Part shown: one piece after another, positions 1-11,390 of the stretch
Position numbering within the stretch: position 1 is the first letter of the stretch
Layout: each line of letters begins with the position of its first letter
Source of the DNA: Octopus bimaculoides
Lineage: Eukaryota
Direction: 5' to 3'
DNA: 33,754 bases
Assembly: GCF_001194135.2 (NCBI RefSeq)
Contig: NC_068982.1
Location: 174,087,183 to 174,120,936 of the forward strand
Notes under the pieces: generated by a model
Told to the model about the DNA's origin: nothing
Databases searched by the model: none
The model's input: only the letters and a program-made list of their open reading frames with translations
Position numbers and translations under genes: made by a program

Positions 1-60
<60 letters not shown>
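1..60. repeat. (GT)n microsatellite, truncated by window edge
   Basis: Perfect GT run. Confidence 0.99.
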
Positions 61-62
<2 letters not shown>

Positions 63-659
63 ATATACATTCATACATACGTACGTACTTACATGCATAG
101 AGACACACACGCACACATTACATCGTTTGAGATTTCTATTCTAATTCATATCTCTTCATTTTCATTATTTTTTTTATACAAAAGTACAGAAATTTATGTA
201 GAAATTTTATTTACATCTCTGCACTGTCATATTTATTATTCTATTATTTCTGTTGTCAATATTTTTGTTGTGTCATTTTTTATTATTAATATTTTCTCTA
301 TACACACATCTTTGTGATGTTTTAGGTAATTTTTATTATTGCTGCTGTGTATGGTTATAATTCCTTATATTTTTTCTTTGTTTACTTTCTCCTTTTCCTG
401 GTTCTTTTCACCCATTTCCAGTCGGATGCTTCAACGCCACCCGAACTCTATTGTGATGCACACGTACAGCATGCCAAAAGATTCACTACAAGTAATAATC
501 ACTTTGATTAATCATTTTACTTTATCATTTTTTTAACGTTAATTTAAACTCTGTTTAGCTGCACATAAAAAAAAACTGCATCCGCGCTCAGATCCATACC
601 ACAATACACAGGCATCCCAGATCCTTACATGTAAACAAAGGCCCAGCAACGTGCGTGTA

Positions 660-1306
660 TTAGGCTGGAAAAAAAGTCCTGATACATTTTAAGGTGAAAA
701 AGAAGCAAATGCTTCTTTGGTCTTCATTGATATATTTTATGAAAATAGTATTCCCTCGAGGGTAAAATTTTTCAGGTTTTGAAGTAAAGAAACACTCCAT
801 ATCATTTTTAGTTTCTTCAAAATTCATAAATTGTTTTCCCTTAAAAAATGTTGCAATAAATTGAAAAGATGATAGTCAAATGTAGTAACATCAGGAGGGT
901 AACGAGAATTAGGTAAAACTTCCATATTTATTACCATAATCTTTGCTTGAGTAACTTGATTAATATAGAGTCTTGAATTATCGTGTAAGAATTTACAATT
1001 AACCAATGTTGAGCGCTTTTTCTGCAATGTTTTGCACAATGCTTTCAAATAACGACGATACTATTCCGCGTTTTGGTTTAAAATTGTATGATAGACGACA
1101 CCTGTCACATCCCACCAAATACACAACATAAAATTTTGCAGGTGTAGTCCTAGTTTGGTGGTAAGTTCTTTCTTTTCATTGGGTGCTGACTTTTGTCCTT
1201 TTTCGTTGGATTTGAGTACTGAGAAGCCATTTTCTATTATTTGCATTACATAGCAGAGTTTCACATCCTGATTTGATATTTTCAACAACAATACACAAGA
1301 AAACAT
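660..1306 (-). mobile_element. Decayed mariner (DD34D) DNA transposon, 3' half with one TIR
   Basis: Minus-strand peptides GLHLQNFMLCIWWDVTGVVY (cf. mariner GLHPKKVMLCVWWD) and LHDNSR...YPPDVTTFDYHLFNLLQHFL, with exactly 34 residues between the 2nd and 3rd catalytic D. After a frameshift comes FEETKNDMECFFTSKPEKFYPRG. TA at 658-659 is followed by mariner-type TIR TTAGGCTGGAAAAAAAGTCC. Stops and frameshifts present; partner TIR not found. Confidence 0.9.
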
Positions 1307-2169
1307 GTTATAAAACTAATATGTATTCATATTCTGATTAACCAATAACTTCCAGTGGTTTTTGCAATGAGAATTAGCATCAAGTGATAGATATGTATTT
1401 CGAACCATGCCAACAGATTTATTTTACAGTCTCGATCTCAGAAATATTGCTTGTTTCTCAAATATGTGCGCGTGGCAATTCCTTGGCACACGCAACTTCA
1501 GTAGAGTGCATAAAATGTGTAATCACGTTATATCAATGTTTTAATCTCCTCAATACCTATGTTATTTTAATTCATCGGAATTTCTTTACACACCACAATA
1601 AGCATGGTAGTACTCCCCCAAAAGTTTATGTATCATGCGGACGGCATCTCTAGAAAATTTCCAGCTGTCATGATGAATTGAAACTGAGATCAAAATCACT
1701 GGCTCAGTTTGTATCATTTTACTGGATTCATGTTTCTTACCCTACACCCAATCGACGACCAACAGCTTAAACATCTATTTTTAAGTCACAAAAGTTTAAT
1801 TTCAGTAGATAATCTCTATCAAAAAGGATTTATTGGTATGATACTGAAATATCTGATCTTAGTTCGAATCCAGACGTTTTGGTGTGAATCTTCTGGTATC
1901 ATCCTAAGTTAACACAGATAACAATAAAATTCCTAAAGAGGGAAGTCGATCAGGTTGATGGCGAAAAGTTGTACAACTGATAAGTAGTAAACCGTATTTT
2001 TCATCCGGTGTGAGACTACCACATGCTAGTTGGGTGTCTTTGGTGGAATCTACTTTGTATAAGCATTCGGATTAAGTTTCTAGTTCGAAAATAACAAGAG
2101 ACCTTGATGCGCTACTTCTTACAGCCGCAATCCATGTTCATGTTTTCTTCCTCTCTTTTCTCATTTCAG

Positions 2170-2259
2170 CTTCAGAGGCTCTTCAAAGATCATGCGCACT
2201 TCTCTTCTTGTTCTGACAAAGACATGAAAACGAACAGATTTATCGAACCATTATGTTTG
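2170..2259 (+). CDS. Candidate 90-nt coding exon (LQRLFKDHAHFSSCSDKDMKTNRFIEPLCL), unidentified protein
   Basis: Acceptor TCTTTTCTCATTTCAG, donor TTG|GTAAAT, only phase 0 open, non-repetitive. No homology recognised, and a competing acceptor/donor pair exists on the minus strand. Confidence 0.35.
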
Positions 2260-2885
2260 GTAAATACATACGATTGTTTAAGCATTTCGGGAAAGTGGGT
2301 GCAACTGCAAACTACCAGCAAAGTGGAATCATTGATCAAGGTTCAATTCGAGATTTCAGCTACTTCAATAACTAGCTCGGTTAATGCTTATAATAGTGTT
2401 TTCTCAATTTTTGAGTTTAGAAGACTGAATAGGCTGATTCATTATCATCTATTCATTATAATCCATTCATTGCCATCTGCGATACCGAAAGCTTAAGTAA
2501 TTTGCTTTATTTATTGTACTTATGTATCTGTGTGCGATATAAACAAATAAATATTATTCTTTCTATAACAATATCAGTTTTATATGAAATTTTATTCCTT
2601 TTACGTGAATGTCATTTCAATAAATTAACTCATTCATATAATTATAGAATTCTCCGGTTTAGAAATAACGATGATGTTTATTTACTCTTCCATTTGATTC
2701 ATAAATATAGAATATTGGAATTAAATGATTTACCTGTTATTTTTCTTGGTTTATGAGATATTTTTCCGTGTGTTCAATAATTCATATTGGAAAACCTTTT
2801 GATTGTCAATGGATTTTAGTAAACTACAACTCTCCTCCTTCTCTGCAACCACATACACTGCTTCTCTTTTCTCTTCTTCATATAT

Positions 2886-2940
2886 TCATCATCATCACCA
2901 TCATCATCATCGTCGTCGTCGTCGTCATTCTTTCCTTCTT

Positions 2941-3026
<86 letters not shown>

Positions 3027-3115
3027 CATCATCATCATCATTATTATCATTATCATCATCATCATCACCATCAACTTCATCGTTATCATTATCGCCATTA
3101 TCATCGTCTTTATTG
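2886..3115. repeat. Compound trinucleotide microsatellite (CAT/CGT/CTT/ATT/CAT)
   Basis: Consecutive blocks read directly; explains ORFs 2753..3124 and 2803..3129. Confidence 0.97.
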
Positions 3116-3187
3116 TTGCTCTAACGTGACGTATAACAAAATCAGTGTGAAGCTGAACAAAGTGTCTAGCATTATTTACTTAACATA

Positions 3188-3407
3188 AAGCGGCGAGCTG
3201 GCAGAATCGTTAGCGAACTAGATGAAATGCTTAACAATATTTCGCCCGTCGCTACGTTCTGAGTTCAAATTCCGCCGAGGTCTATTTTGCCTTTCATCCT
3301 TTCAGGCTCGATAAATCAAGCACCAGTGAAACACTGGAGTCAATGTAATCGACTAGTCCCCTCCCGCCAAATTTCAGACCTTCTCCCTATGGTAGAAAGG
3401 ATTATTT
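3188..3407 (+). mobile_element. tRNA-derived SINE, family A, copy 1 of tandem trio
   Basis: Head GGCGAGCTGGCAGAATCGTTAGC, B-box-like GAGTTCAAATTCC, body homologous to the copies at 3639, 4791 and 17510. Confidence 0.9.
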
Positions 3408-3419
3408 ACCTAACACAAT

Positions 3420-3622
3420 AAGGCGGCAAACTAACAGAATCATTAGCACCCCCGGACAAAATGCTTAGCGGCATTTCTGGGTTCAAATTTAGCCGAGGTC
3501 GACTTTGCTTTTCATCTCTTGGGAGTCGATAAAATGCGTACCAATTGAGCAATGGGGGTCGATCTAATCGACCTAGCCCCTCCTCCGAAATTGCTGACCT
3601 TGTACCAACATTTTAAGTTATC
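3420..3622 (+). mobile_element. SINE family A, copy 2 (internal deletion, different tail)
   Basis: AGGCGGCAAACTAACAGAATCATTAGCAC...GGTTCAAATTTAGCCGAGGTCGACTTTGC...GGGGTCGATCTAATCGAC. Confidence 0.88.
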
Positions 3623-3638
3623 ATTTACTCGACAAAAT

Positions 3639-3857
3639 AAGGAGGGAAGCTAACATAATTGTTAGCACATCGGACAAAATGCTTAGTGGTATTTCGTCTG
3701 TTTTTACGTTTCGAGTTCAAATTCCGCCGAGGTCGACTTTGCTTTTCATCATTTCGGGGTCGATAAAATAAGTACCAGTTGAGGACTTGAGTCAATGTAA
3801 TCCAGCAGCGTCTCCACCAAAATTTCAGACCTCGTACCTATGGTAGAAAGAGTTATT
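3639..3857 (+). mobile_element. SINE family A, copy 3
   Basis: GAGTTCAAATTCCGCCGAGGTCGACTTTGC...AAATTTCAGACCTCGTACCTATGGTAGAAAG, same tail as copy 1. Confidence 0.88.
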
Positions 3858-4199
3858 TACTTAATATCGTGTTGCGATCTGCGTTCAAATTCGACAATTC
3901 CAACATTATCAACCACATAATCCGAGTCGATAACGAGGTATGTACTAATCTACTTAATTTCTCACGCAAAACTTGTGGCTATGTGTCTATCTTAGAAATC
4001 ATCATTTTCATTATTAGGAAGAAATGTGACTGATCAGTAAATTACTGTATTTAGTTGTTTGTATTACGTTCTATATAAAGGGACGTAACTTACCTCTTCT
4101 AATATACCAGGGTATCTTTAGCGTTAACCTTAATTCGTTCACGTGCCACTGCACATCGACCTGCCCACGATACCATGTCTGCTATTGGGTTACGTTTAT

Positions 4200-4500
4200 T
4201 ATGTGTCAAGCCAACTCTTTTTTATCGCTTTTCAGAGCTTCTATTCATTTTTGCCATATCAACTTAGGCCTACCTTCTGTTCGTTATCCACGATGAAATT
4301 CAGACTCTATGCGTTTTATGCTTCCTTCCATTGTCCATTTTCAATAAATGATCCAGCCATCTTAACATTCTTTTCCTCAGCATTACTCACCATTAATTCC
4401 TTCTGTCCTGTTCCCTTGAGTATTTCTACGGTGATGATTAGATCCTTATGTGCCACATAAATACTGCACAGACACCTTTAATGGAATGTATTAGAAACTT
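4200..4500 (-). mobile_element. Decayed RTE-like LINE, C-terminal ORF2 fragment
   Basis: Minus-strand frames give ITVEILKGTGQKEL, RMLRWLDHLLKMDNGR and G*RTEGRPKLIWQ, matching the RTE pattern ITN.E.L.RTG...RLRW.GHV.RM...G.R..GRP...W; frameshifted. Confidence 0.75.
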
Positions 4501-4790
4501 CATGCTCTGAGCTTAATAGAATATGACGAACGTCGTTTAAACCAAAATGTTAAACCAAAATGAAACAATGCGAAATGTTGTCATTAACTGAAAGCATTGC
4601 ACAAAAATCGTTGGTAAAATCCAGATTTTAACATTGCTCTATTTTAACATTGAGCTCATTTCCTTCTCAATCAACGTTCCACTATCTAAAACAAAGCTGA
4701 AGAGGAATAGGAACATAATTCAGCCTTCTTTGACACCGACTTCAACTACAATACAGCCTGTCATTTCTTCATTAATATATACAAATCATA

Positions 4791-5074
4791 AGGTGACAAA
4801 TTGGCAGAAACGTTAGTACGCCGGGCGAAATGCTTAGCGGTATGACGTCTCTCTTTACGTTCTGAGTTCAAATTCCGCCGAAGTCGACTTTGCTTTCATC
4901 ATTTCGGGAGCGATTAAATAGGTACCAGTTACGCACTGGGATCGGTGTAATCGACTTAATCCCTTTGTCTGTCCTTCTTTGTCCCCTCTATGTGTTAGCT
5001 CCTTGTGGGCAATAAAGAATCGTTTGCACGCCAGGCGAAATGCTTAGCGGTACTTCGTCTGCCGTTACGTTCTG
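4791..5074 (+). mobile_element. SINE family A full copy fused to a second 5' fragment (5016-5074)
   Basis: Head, B box and tail CCTTGTGGGCAATAAAGAA run directly into TCGTTTGCACGCCAGGCGAAATGCTTAGCGG (head sequence again). Confidence 0.9.
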
Positions 5075-5174
5075 GTATACAAATCATTAGAATTTTTATG
5101 CTTATAGAGTGTGCAGTCATTAAATCAACGTGCTACAGTACTTGTATGTGCGTATCTTTCAAGTAGCCATATCA

Positions 5175-5670
5175 AAGTCTCTCAACCTGCTAGAAATAAC
5201 AGCCAAACTCTGTCAAATTATTTCCTTACTTTCGTAATAAGAAAGGTAATAACATGTTAGAAAATGTTCATCTTAGATATTTAACAGGACGGGAATGCAT
5301 TACATAAAATACGAGCGATGAACAATCTTCCTTCATCAGGTTTTCGTCACCCTTTCACTCATAAGCAATGTGCAAATATTTTCATCACCAGCACTTCAAT
5401 CCTCGCAGTTTTCAATTCATTATTTTGTTTAGCTTTACGAAAATAAATCTTACTCGATCCTATGGACACATCTAAAGGGTCGTTAATCCTGCTAGAAATA
5501 GCAAATAAATCAGACACTGTCTACTGTCTTAATATATTGGCTACATGATGTTGTCCTAGATACGGTGTGTTTGAAAAAAGAAACGGAACGGTCCTGGCTG
5601 GAATGCCTTTGATAATATGCCTGCTTAGTTTCAGAACTAACCCAGAGATCAACAACAATAACAAAAACAA
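5175..5670 (+). mobile_element. Interspersed repeat family E (AAC-tailed, probable retroposon)
   Basis: CCTGCTAGAAATA blocks and GGTCCTGGCTGGAATGCCTTTGATAAT...AACAACAATAAC, shared with other copies in the window. Confidence 0.6.
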
Positions 5671-5739
5671 TAACAACAACCTTTTCAATTCAGTACTAAA
5701 TTTACCGCCGAGAAAACATGTATCCTTCTTATTTCTATC

Positions 5740-5990
<251 letters not shown>

Positions 5991-6314
5991 ATGCATGTAT
6001 CATGTACGGGATATTTTTTTATGAAAAAAAATAGGAAAATAAAAGTAAATATCTGTTTTATGAGTTCTCTGTATTAAGTTTACAAAATTGTGCATAAAGT
6101 ATATAAAGTATTCATATAAAGTGCATGAAATAATCCTCGTATTCCATTTGCTTTTATTTTTCCGTGAGTAGCAGACGACTGACTATTTTTCCATACAAAC
6201 ACAACTCAGTCTACGCGTTCAGGCTTTTGGGATAAAGTTGTGCAGAAGTAACCCAATAGGTATACCATTAATTCCGTGAAATGTTCGTGTGTCCCGCTTG
6301 CGTATGTATTTCTT

Positions 6315-6390
6315 TGTGTATGTATGTGTGTATGTCTGTCTGTCTCTCTGTCTGTCTCTCTATCTGTCTGTCTGTCTCTCTGTCTGTCTG
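6315..6390. repeat. (TG)/(TCTG)n microsatellite
   Basis: Read directly. Confidence 0.9.
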
Positions 6391-6999
6391 ATTGCTTACC
6401 TAATTTTCTCTTCCAAATTACCATACTTTCAATTCTGAACCCACAAAATAAATATAGAATAAGAAGTATTTCAAATGTTGATAAATTACACCTTGACTTT
6501 TTAGTCATTTCATTCTCTTCCTGATCTTTTCTTTCTTACCTCTATTTTTCTTCTTCTGTTACTCTTTTTTTCTACCTTTCTGCCCATCTATTTATTTGTG
6601 TCTGCCAGTCTGACTAATCTCTTTCTGAAAACTCATACACAACAGATACGTCTCTTAATCTCACGCAGACCAATGACTCAGCAGAAAATAATTTCGTTGT
6701 TAGAAAATGTCCGTCCCCGCATTTTAAAAAGTATTTTAACATCTTTACCAGTGATGCTTCATTGATTCTCAGACAAGACTATATTGGCATCAGAATTAAG
6801 TTAAACTCTGACCTTTATTTTCAATGTTTACTTAAAAGTGCATACAGAGAAAAATGTCAATTTAACGTACATAAAAGGTCTTATCTTATCTTTTATTCGC
6901 CTATTTAAATTTATTTAATAATAAAAATAAGAACTTTCTAATACGTCTTCTGTTTTTACAGAAGTAACCAAAAGTTTATGCATATGTATGTATGCATAT

Positions 7000-7000
7000 G

Positions 7001-7036
<36 letters not shown>

Positions 7037-7049
7037 NNNNNNNNNNTAC

Positions 7050-7095
<46 letters not shown>

Positions 7096-7214
7096 ATATT
7101 ATATATATATACATATATAAATACATATATACAAAAATATATAAATATATAATATACACATAAACATATATATATATGCATATGTATAAACACACACAAA
7201 TGTATACACACATA

Positions 7215-7258
<44 letters not shown>
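7000..7258. repeat. (TA)n tract with 10-N gap, followed by (GT)n
   Basis: Read directly. Confidence 0.95.
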
Positions 7259-7262
<4 letters not shown>

Positions 7263-7877
7263 TCTTGCGAGCGATTATATGAAAACATTTAGCTACTCTC
7301 GGAAAAAGTTCTACTCACTTTTAGAGAAGTTTGTGTTACCAGTTTACAAAGACAGTATTTCTGCGATTCTTCTGAAACGTATAAGGTCATATAAGGCCAT
7401 ATAGTCTACAGACGATACTAACTTAATCGATGTCTACAGTTGACTATTATCAGAGATACTTCCAAATAGTTATTCACATAGCAATCTTAAAGTAATAATT
7501 CGCATGTATGATATCCTGTAAAGCAACATCGATTTTCAAGCAGGTGGATGAAGAGATCTTTACGGTTGCGAAATGAGAACTGATCATTTGTTAATGCTAC
7601 TTTACGTTCTTGCACTTTCTGGAGTGTGTGTATACACACACACACACGCGAGCAAGAAATGAAGCTTGATGACAGTGACGTCGAAGTTTTGACCAGCTAG
7701 CTTTTATCAGCTGAAACTTCGAAGTCCTCTTCCTGGGGTTCAAAATGGTAGTAATGTGGGGATAAACATTACTTCTCAGTACAATTACTACTCTCATCAT
7801 CTCTTATAGAGATTTTCTAATATAAATTTGCATTTTTTCATGAATTACTTATTACTAAGTGCATGTGAATGTAAATA

Positions 7878-8046
7878 GGCGTAGGAATGGCTGTGTGGTA
7901 AGTAGCTTGCTTACGAACCACATGGTTTCGGGTTCAGTTCCACTGCGTGGCATCTTGGGCAAGTGTCTTCTACTATGGCCTCGGGCCGACCAAAGCCTTG
8001 TGAGTGGATTTGGTAGGCGGAAACTGAAAGAAGCCCGTCGTGTATA

Positions 8047-8089
<43 letters not shown>

Positions 8090-8310
8090 TTGTGTGTCTG
8101 TGTTTGTCCCCCAACCATCGCTTGACAACCGATGCTGGTGTGTTTACGCCCCCGTAACTTAGCGGTTTGGCAAAAGAGACCGATAGAATAAGTACTAGGC
8201 TTACAAAGAATAAGTCCTGGGGTCGATTTGCTCGACTAAAGGCGGTGCTCCAGCATGGCCACAGTCAAATGACTGAAACAAGAAAAAAAAGTAAAAGAGT
8301 AAAGAGAGTT
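7878..8310 (+). mobile_element. tRNA-derived SINE family B with internal (GT)n
   Basis: A-box TGGCTGTGTGG 7888-7898, B-box-like GGTTCAGTTCC 7931-7941, CORE-like CTTGGGCAAGT, tail GTAAAAGAGTAAAAGAGAGT; four more copies in the window. Confidence 0.95.
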
Positions 8311-8477
8311 GACTGGAAGTAAATGCTATAGATATGCTCGGATAACTGTTATGGTCTCCGAAAATCATAGATATCTAAGTTGTTCAGGTACCTGACAAAC
8401 GGGCGAAGGGTAACGGTTTCATATCATGTCATCTGTATTGCGATATATCCTTAATTAGTTAAACACATTGCTGTTAG

Positions 8478-8567
8478 GTAAAAGAAAATCGAAGGCAAGC
8501 AGCAAGGAACTATCTGCGTATCCTCCCGCGTGAATTCTATGACATGCATAAATCTCTTATCGAGGAA
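8478..8567 (+). CDS. Candidate 90-nt coding exon (VKENRRQAARNYLRILPREFYDMHKSLIEE), unidentified protein
   Basis: AG at 8476-8477 (weak pyrimidine tract), donor GAA|GTAACT, open in phase 0, GC-richer unique sequence. Could alternatively read on to a stop (…VTKDSSLN*). Confidence 0.35.
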
Positions 8568-8694
8568 GTAACTAAGGATTCTTCCTTGAACTGATGCATC
8601 AAAAAGAAGTGGATAGAATTTATATTTTTATCTACTCCCTCCCACACAAACCGGAGTTTGGTTTTGACCCGATAGACTGTAACTGTCACCGCCA

Positions 8695-8930
8695 CTGTTG
8701 TTCAGTTATCGTCCAGATCAACCCTGACCGAGTAGATCTATTATCAAATACATTCCATTTGTGAATCCTACAATCTTGTTTTTTTCTTTTTCTTCAAGTA
8801 TAGTATAACAAGAGCAACATTACCTAATATGACCGTCATTTTTCTGGTGATAGAGTATTATTTCAGGGAGACTTGCTTCATTTAGGTGCTATTTATAGCA
8901 AATCAGGTGAGCACATTCACAACCTACGCA
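8695..8930 (-). mobile_element. Repeat family E, degenerate copy
   Basis: Reverse complement GGAATGTATTTGATAATAGATCTACTCGGTCAGGGTTGATCTGG aligns with the other family E copies. Confidence 0.5.
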
Positions 8931-9384
8931 TTAGTATAGAACATAGATAGCTTTTTGAACAGAAGCACTCGAGCTCAGCATTAAAAAGTTATAAATATTT
9001 GTCAATACTTGGTACAGTACTTACTTAGATGTTTGTTTCTTTGTAAAGCTTAGCCTAACTACAAGCAAAGGAACCATTGTACGGCTGATGAGTGTTTGAC
9101 AAACCTAATCTATAAACCTAAGTCATTTCTCTGTAACCTTGTTACAAATCATTCTACAATCACTCAACCAAAATGGAATCAATATGAACGAATCCTTATT
9201 TCGTTTTTGTACTACTTGTTTTCCTAATCACTCCAAGTCGACCACTAATGTTTTATTTCTGTCCATCTTTTCTCTCCATCTTTCTTTCCACTCCTTATAT
9301 TCCTTTTATTTCTATTCCTCCATCTTTTTCACTTTACGCCTACACTTTTTCTTTCCTTTTTTACCCTCTCTTTAAATCGATGCA

Positions 9385-9399
9385 ACTGGAACAACAGCG

Positions 9400-9438
<39 letters not shown>

Positions 9439-9465
9439 GCAAACTCAGCAACAACAGTCACTATA
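9385..9465. repeat. (CAA/CAG)n microsatellite
   Basis: Read directly; source of the polyQ ORF 9248..9466. Confidence 0.95.
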
Positions 9466-9779
9466 AAAAAATGACATCAGCGAACTTTCTTGCACCCCTT
9501 TTGCTAGAATAGCAATATTATCAACAAAAGCAGCAGCAACCAGAATCGTTAATAAATAGCATAACATAGCAACCAACACATAACTGCAACCTCAAGTACA
9601 ACAGCATCCATTAAGTAATAGAAAAAATAATAACAGCATACGCAAAACAAGAAGGTTAATAGCAGTAATAACATCACTGCTAACTACAGCTTACAAAAAT
9701 ATTATGACACCAACATCAACATTTCAGCAACAACAACAAAATCCATTATTGCAAGTCGATGATGAAGCCTCTACATGGT

Positions 9780-9995
9780 AACTTGACCTGCTTAAAATAG
9801 CAGAGGATCACCCACTCAGATCATAAACTGACTTTAATAAAAAAAAATTTAAAAAGACACGTTGTATAATGTAGTTCTAGATATATGTATATCTGAAATA
9901 AAAAAAAAATCGGATGGCCATGGCTGGAATACTTTTGATTATAGGGAACCTTAATCAATGTTGACCTACAACTGAATAAGAGCAACAACAACGAT
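9780..9995 (+). mobile_element. Repeat family E copy
   Basis: CCTGCTTAAAATAGCAG...GGATGGCCATGGCTGGAATACTTTTGATTATAG...GTTGACCT...CAACAACAAC. Confidence 0.6.
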
Positions 9996-10049
9996 TACTA
10001 TTAACAAATGAGTTGAAAGAAAACGATAACATTATAATAATCAAGATCA

Positions 10050-10303
10050 ACAAATACGAAAACAATAACAACAACAATAATAATAATAACCACCACTGCC
10101 ATCACCACCACCACCACCACCACCACCACCACTACTACTACTTTTAAAGGAGCAAAAACAACGTCAGCGGCAACAACAGCATCCACCACTTAACAGCAAC
10201 AACATCCATTATGTTATTCCGAAATCAACATCAGTAACAAACAAAGACAAATACTTTAACAAGAAAAAGAAAAAAAATAGTTAACTGTAACGAAATAGCA
10301 TCG

Positions 10304-10348
<45 letters not shown>

Positions 10349-10390
10349 CCATCATCGACTGCAACAACAAAAATAACAACGACGACAGCT
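10050..10390. repeat. Trinucleotide tracts (AAC/AAT/CAC/CTA) and (CAT)n at 10301-10346
   Basis: Read directly. Confidence 0.9.
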
Positions 10391-10813
10391 CAGCATCATC
10401 AAGACAACAACAACGGTTCTAATACAAGTGCGAACCAACGTAGTCGTATGTCCTACAAAACATTGCAGTTAAGACTCCCTTAAATGCGATCCTGCTATTC
10501 TTGAAAAACGATGTTTTTTACTTTAGTTAGTCCTGGAATGACTCAACACTGCATCCGGTACCAGGATCTACGTTTGGAAAAAAAAATTCTTCATATCGAA
10601 AATAAAGGTGTCACCTTTTAACTGACGCTATTTCTTAGTCTGTTCTGGCCCCGAACATGTTGTCTAGCATACACTATATTTCAAAACGGCCATGGTTCGA
10701 GTGTTTTTTTTTTGTTTTGTTTTTTGTTTTTTTAGACAGACCGACTCGGATTAAACAAAAAAAAATTGCAATTACTAACACCATTACTATTAATACTACT
10801 ACTACTTAACGTT

Positions 10814-11192
10814 GTTGGCACTCCGTCGCTTACAACGTCGAGGGTTCTAGTTGATCCGATCAATGGAACAGTCTGCTCGTGAAATCAACGTGCAAGTGGC
10901 TGAGCACTCCACAGACACGTGTGCCCATAACGTAGTTTTCGGGAATATTCAGCGTGACACAGTGTGACAAGGCTGACCTTTTGAATTACAGGCACAACAG
11001 AAATAGGAAGTAAGAGTGAGAAAAGGTTGTTGTGAAAGAGTACAGCAGGGTTCGCCACCATCCCCTGCCGGAGCCTCGTGGAACTTTAGGTGTTTTCGCT
11101 CAATAAACACTCACAACGCCCGATCTAGGAATCGAAACCGCGATCCTATGACCGCGAGTCTGCTGCCCTAACCACTGGGCCATTGCGCCTCC
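10814..11192 (-). mobile_element. tRNA-derived SINE family C, full length with 13-bp TSD
   Basis: Minus strand: A-box TGGCCCAGTGG (11182-11172), B-box GTTTCGATTCC (11138-11128), 3' end ...GGAGTGCCAAC. Perfect direct repeat ACTACTTAACGTT at 10801-10813 and 11193-11205. Confidence 0.95.
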
Positions 11193-11264
11193 ACTACTTA
11201 ACGTTACAAGTGATAAAATAATAATGTTGGTGCTGTTGTAACTGATACAGTTTTTGTTGTTGCT

Positions 11265-11390
11265 GTTGTTGATTAGCCCCCAAGTCAGCCTGGCTTGAAC
11301 TGACCTACGATCAACGACATTTTAGTCTTCACCTTTCTGTCTTTAGGTGGATATTAGGACTACATTATATCACGTGTTCTTCTCTTATTT
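11265..11390 (-). mobile_element. Repeat family E, 3' fragment
   Basis: Reverse complement TTGATCGTAGGTCAGTTCAAGCCAGGCTGACTTGGGGCTAATCAACAACAGCAAC. Confidence 0.55.

Noticed and set aside
8392-8470. Strong minus-strand acceptor and donor pair enclosing 79 nt
   Set aside because: Stops in all three frames.
9084-9104. CTGATGAGTGTTTGACAAAC, hammerhead-like
   Set aside because: Lacks G12 of GAAA, and has no helix III or cleavage triplet.
11120-11192. tRNA-like sequences here and at 31860-31920
   Set aside because: No complete cloverleaf or acceptor stem, and they continue into SINE bodies; not tRNA genes.
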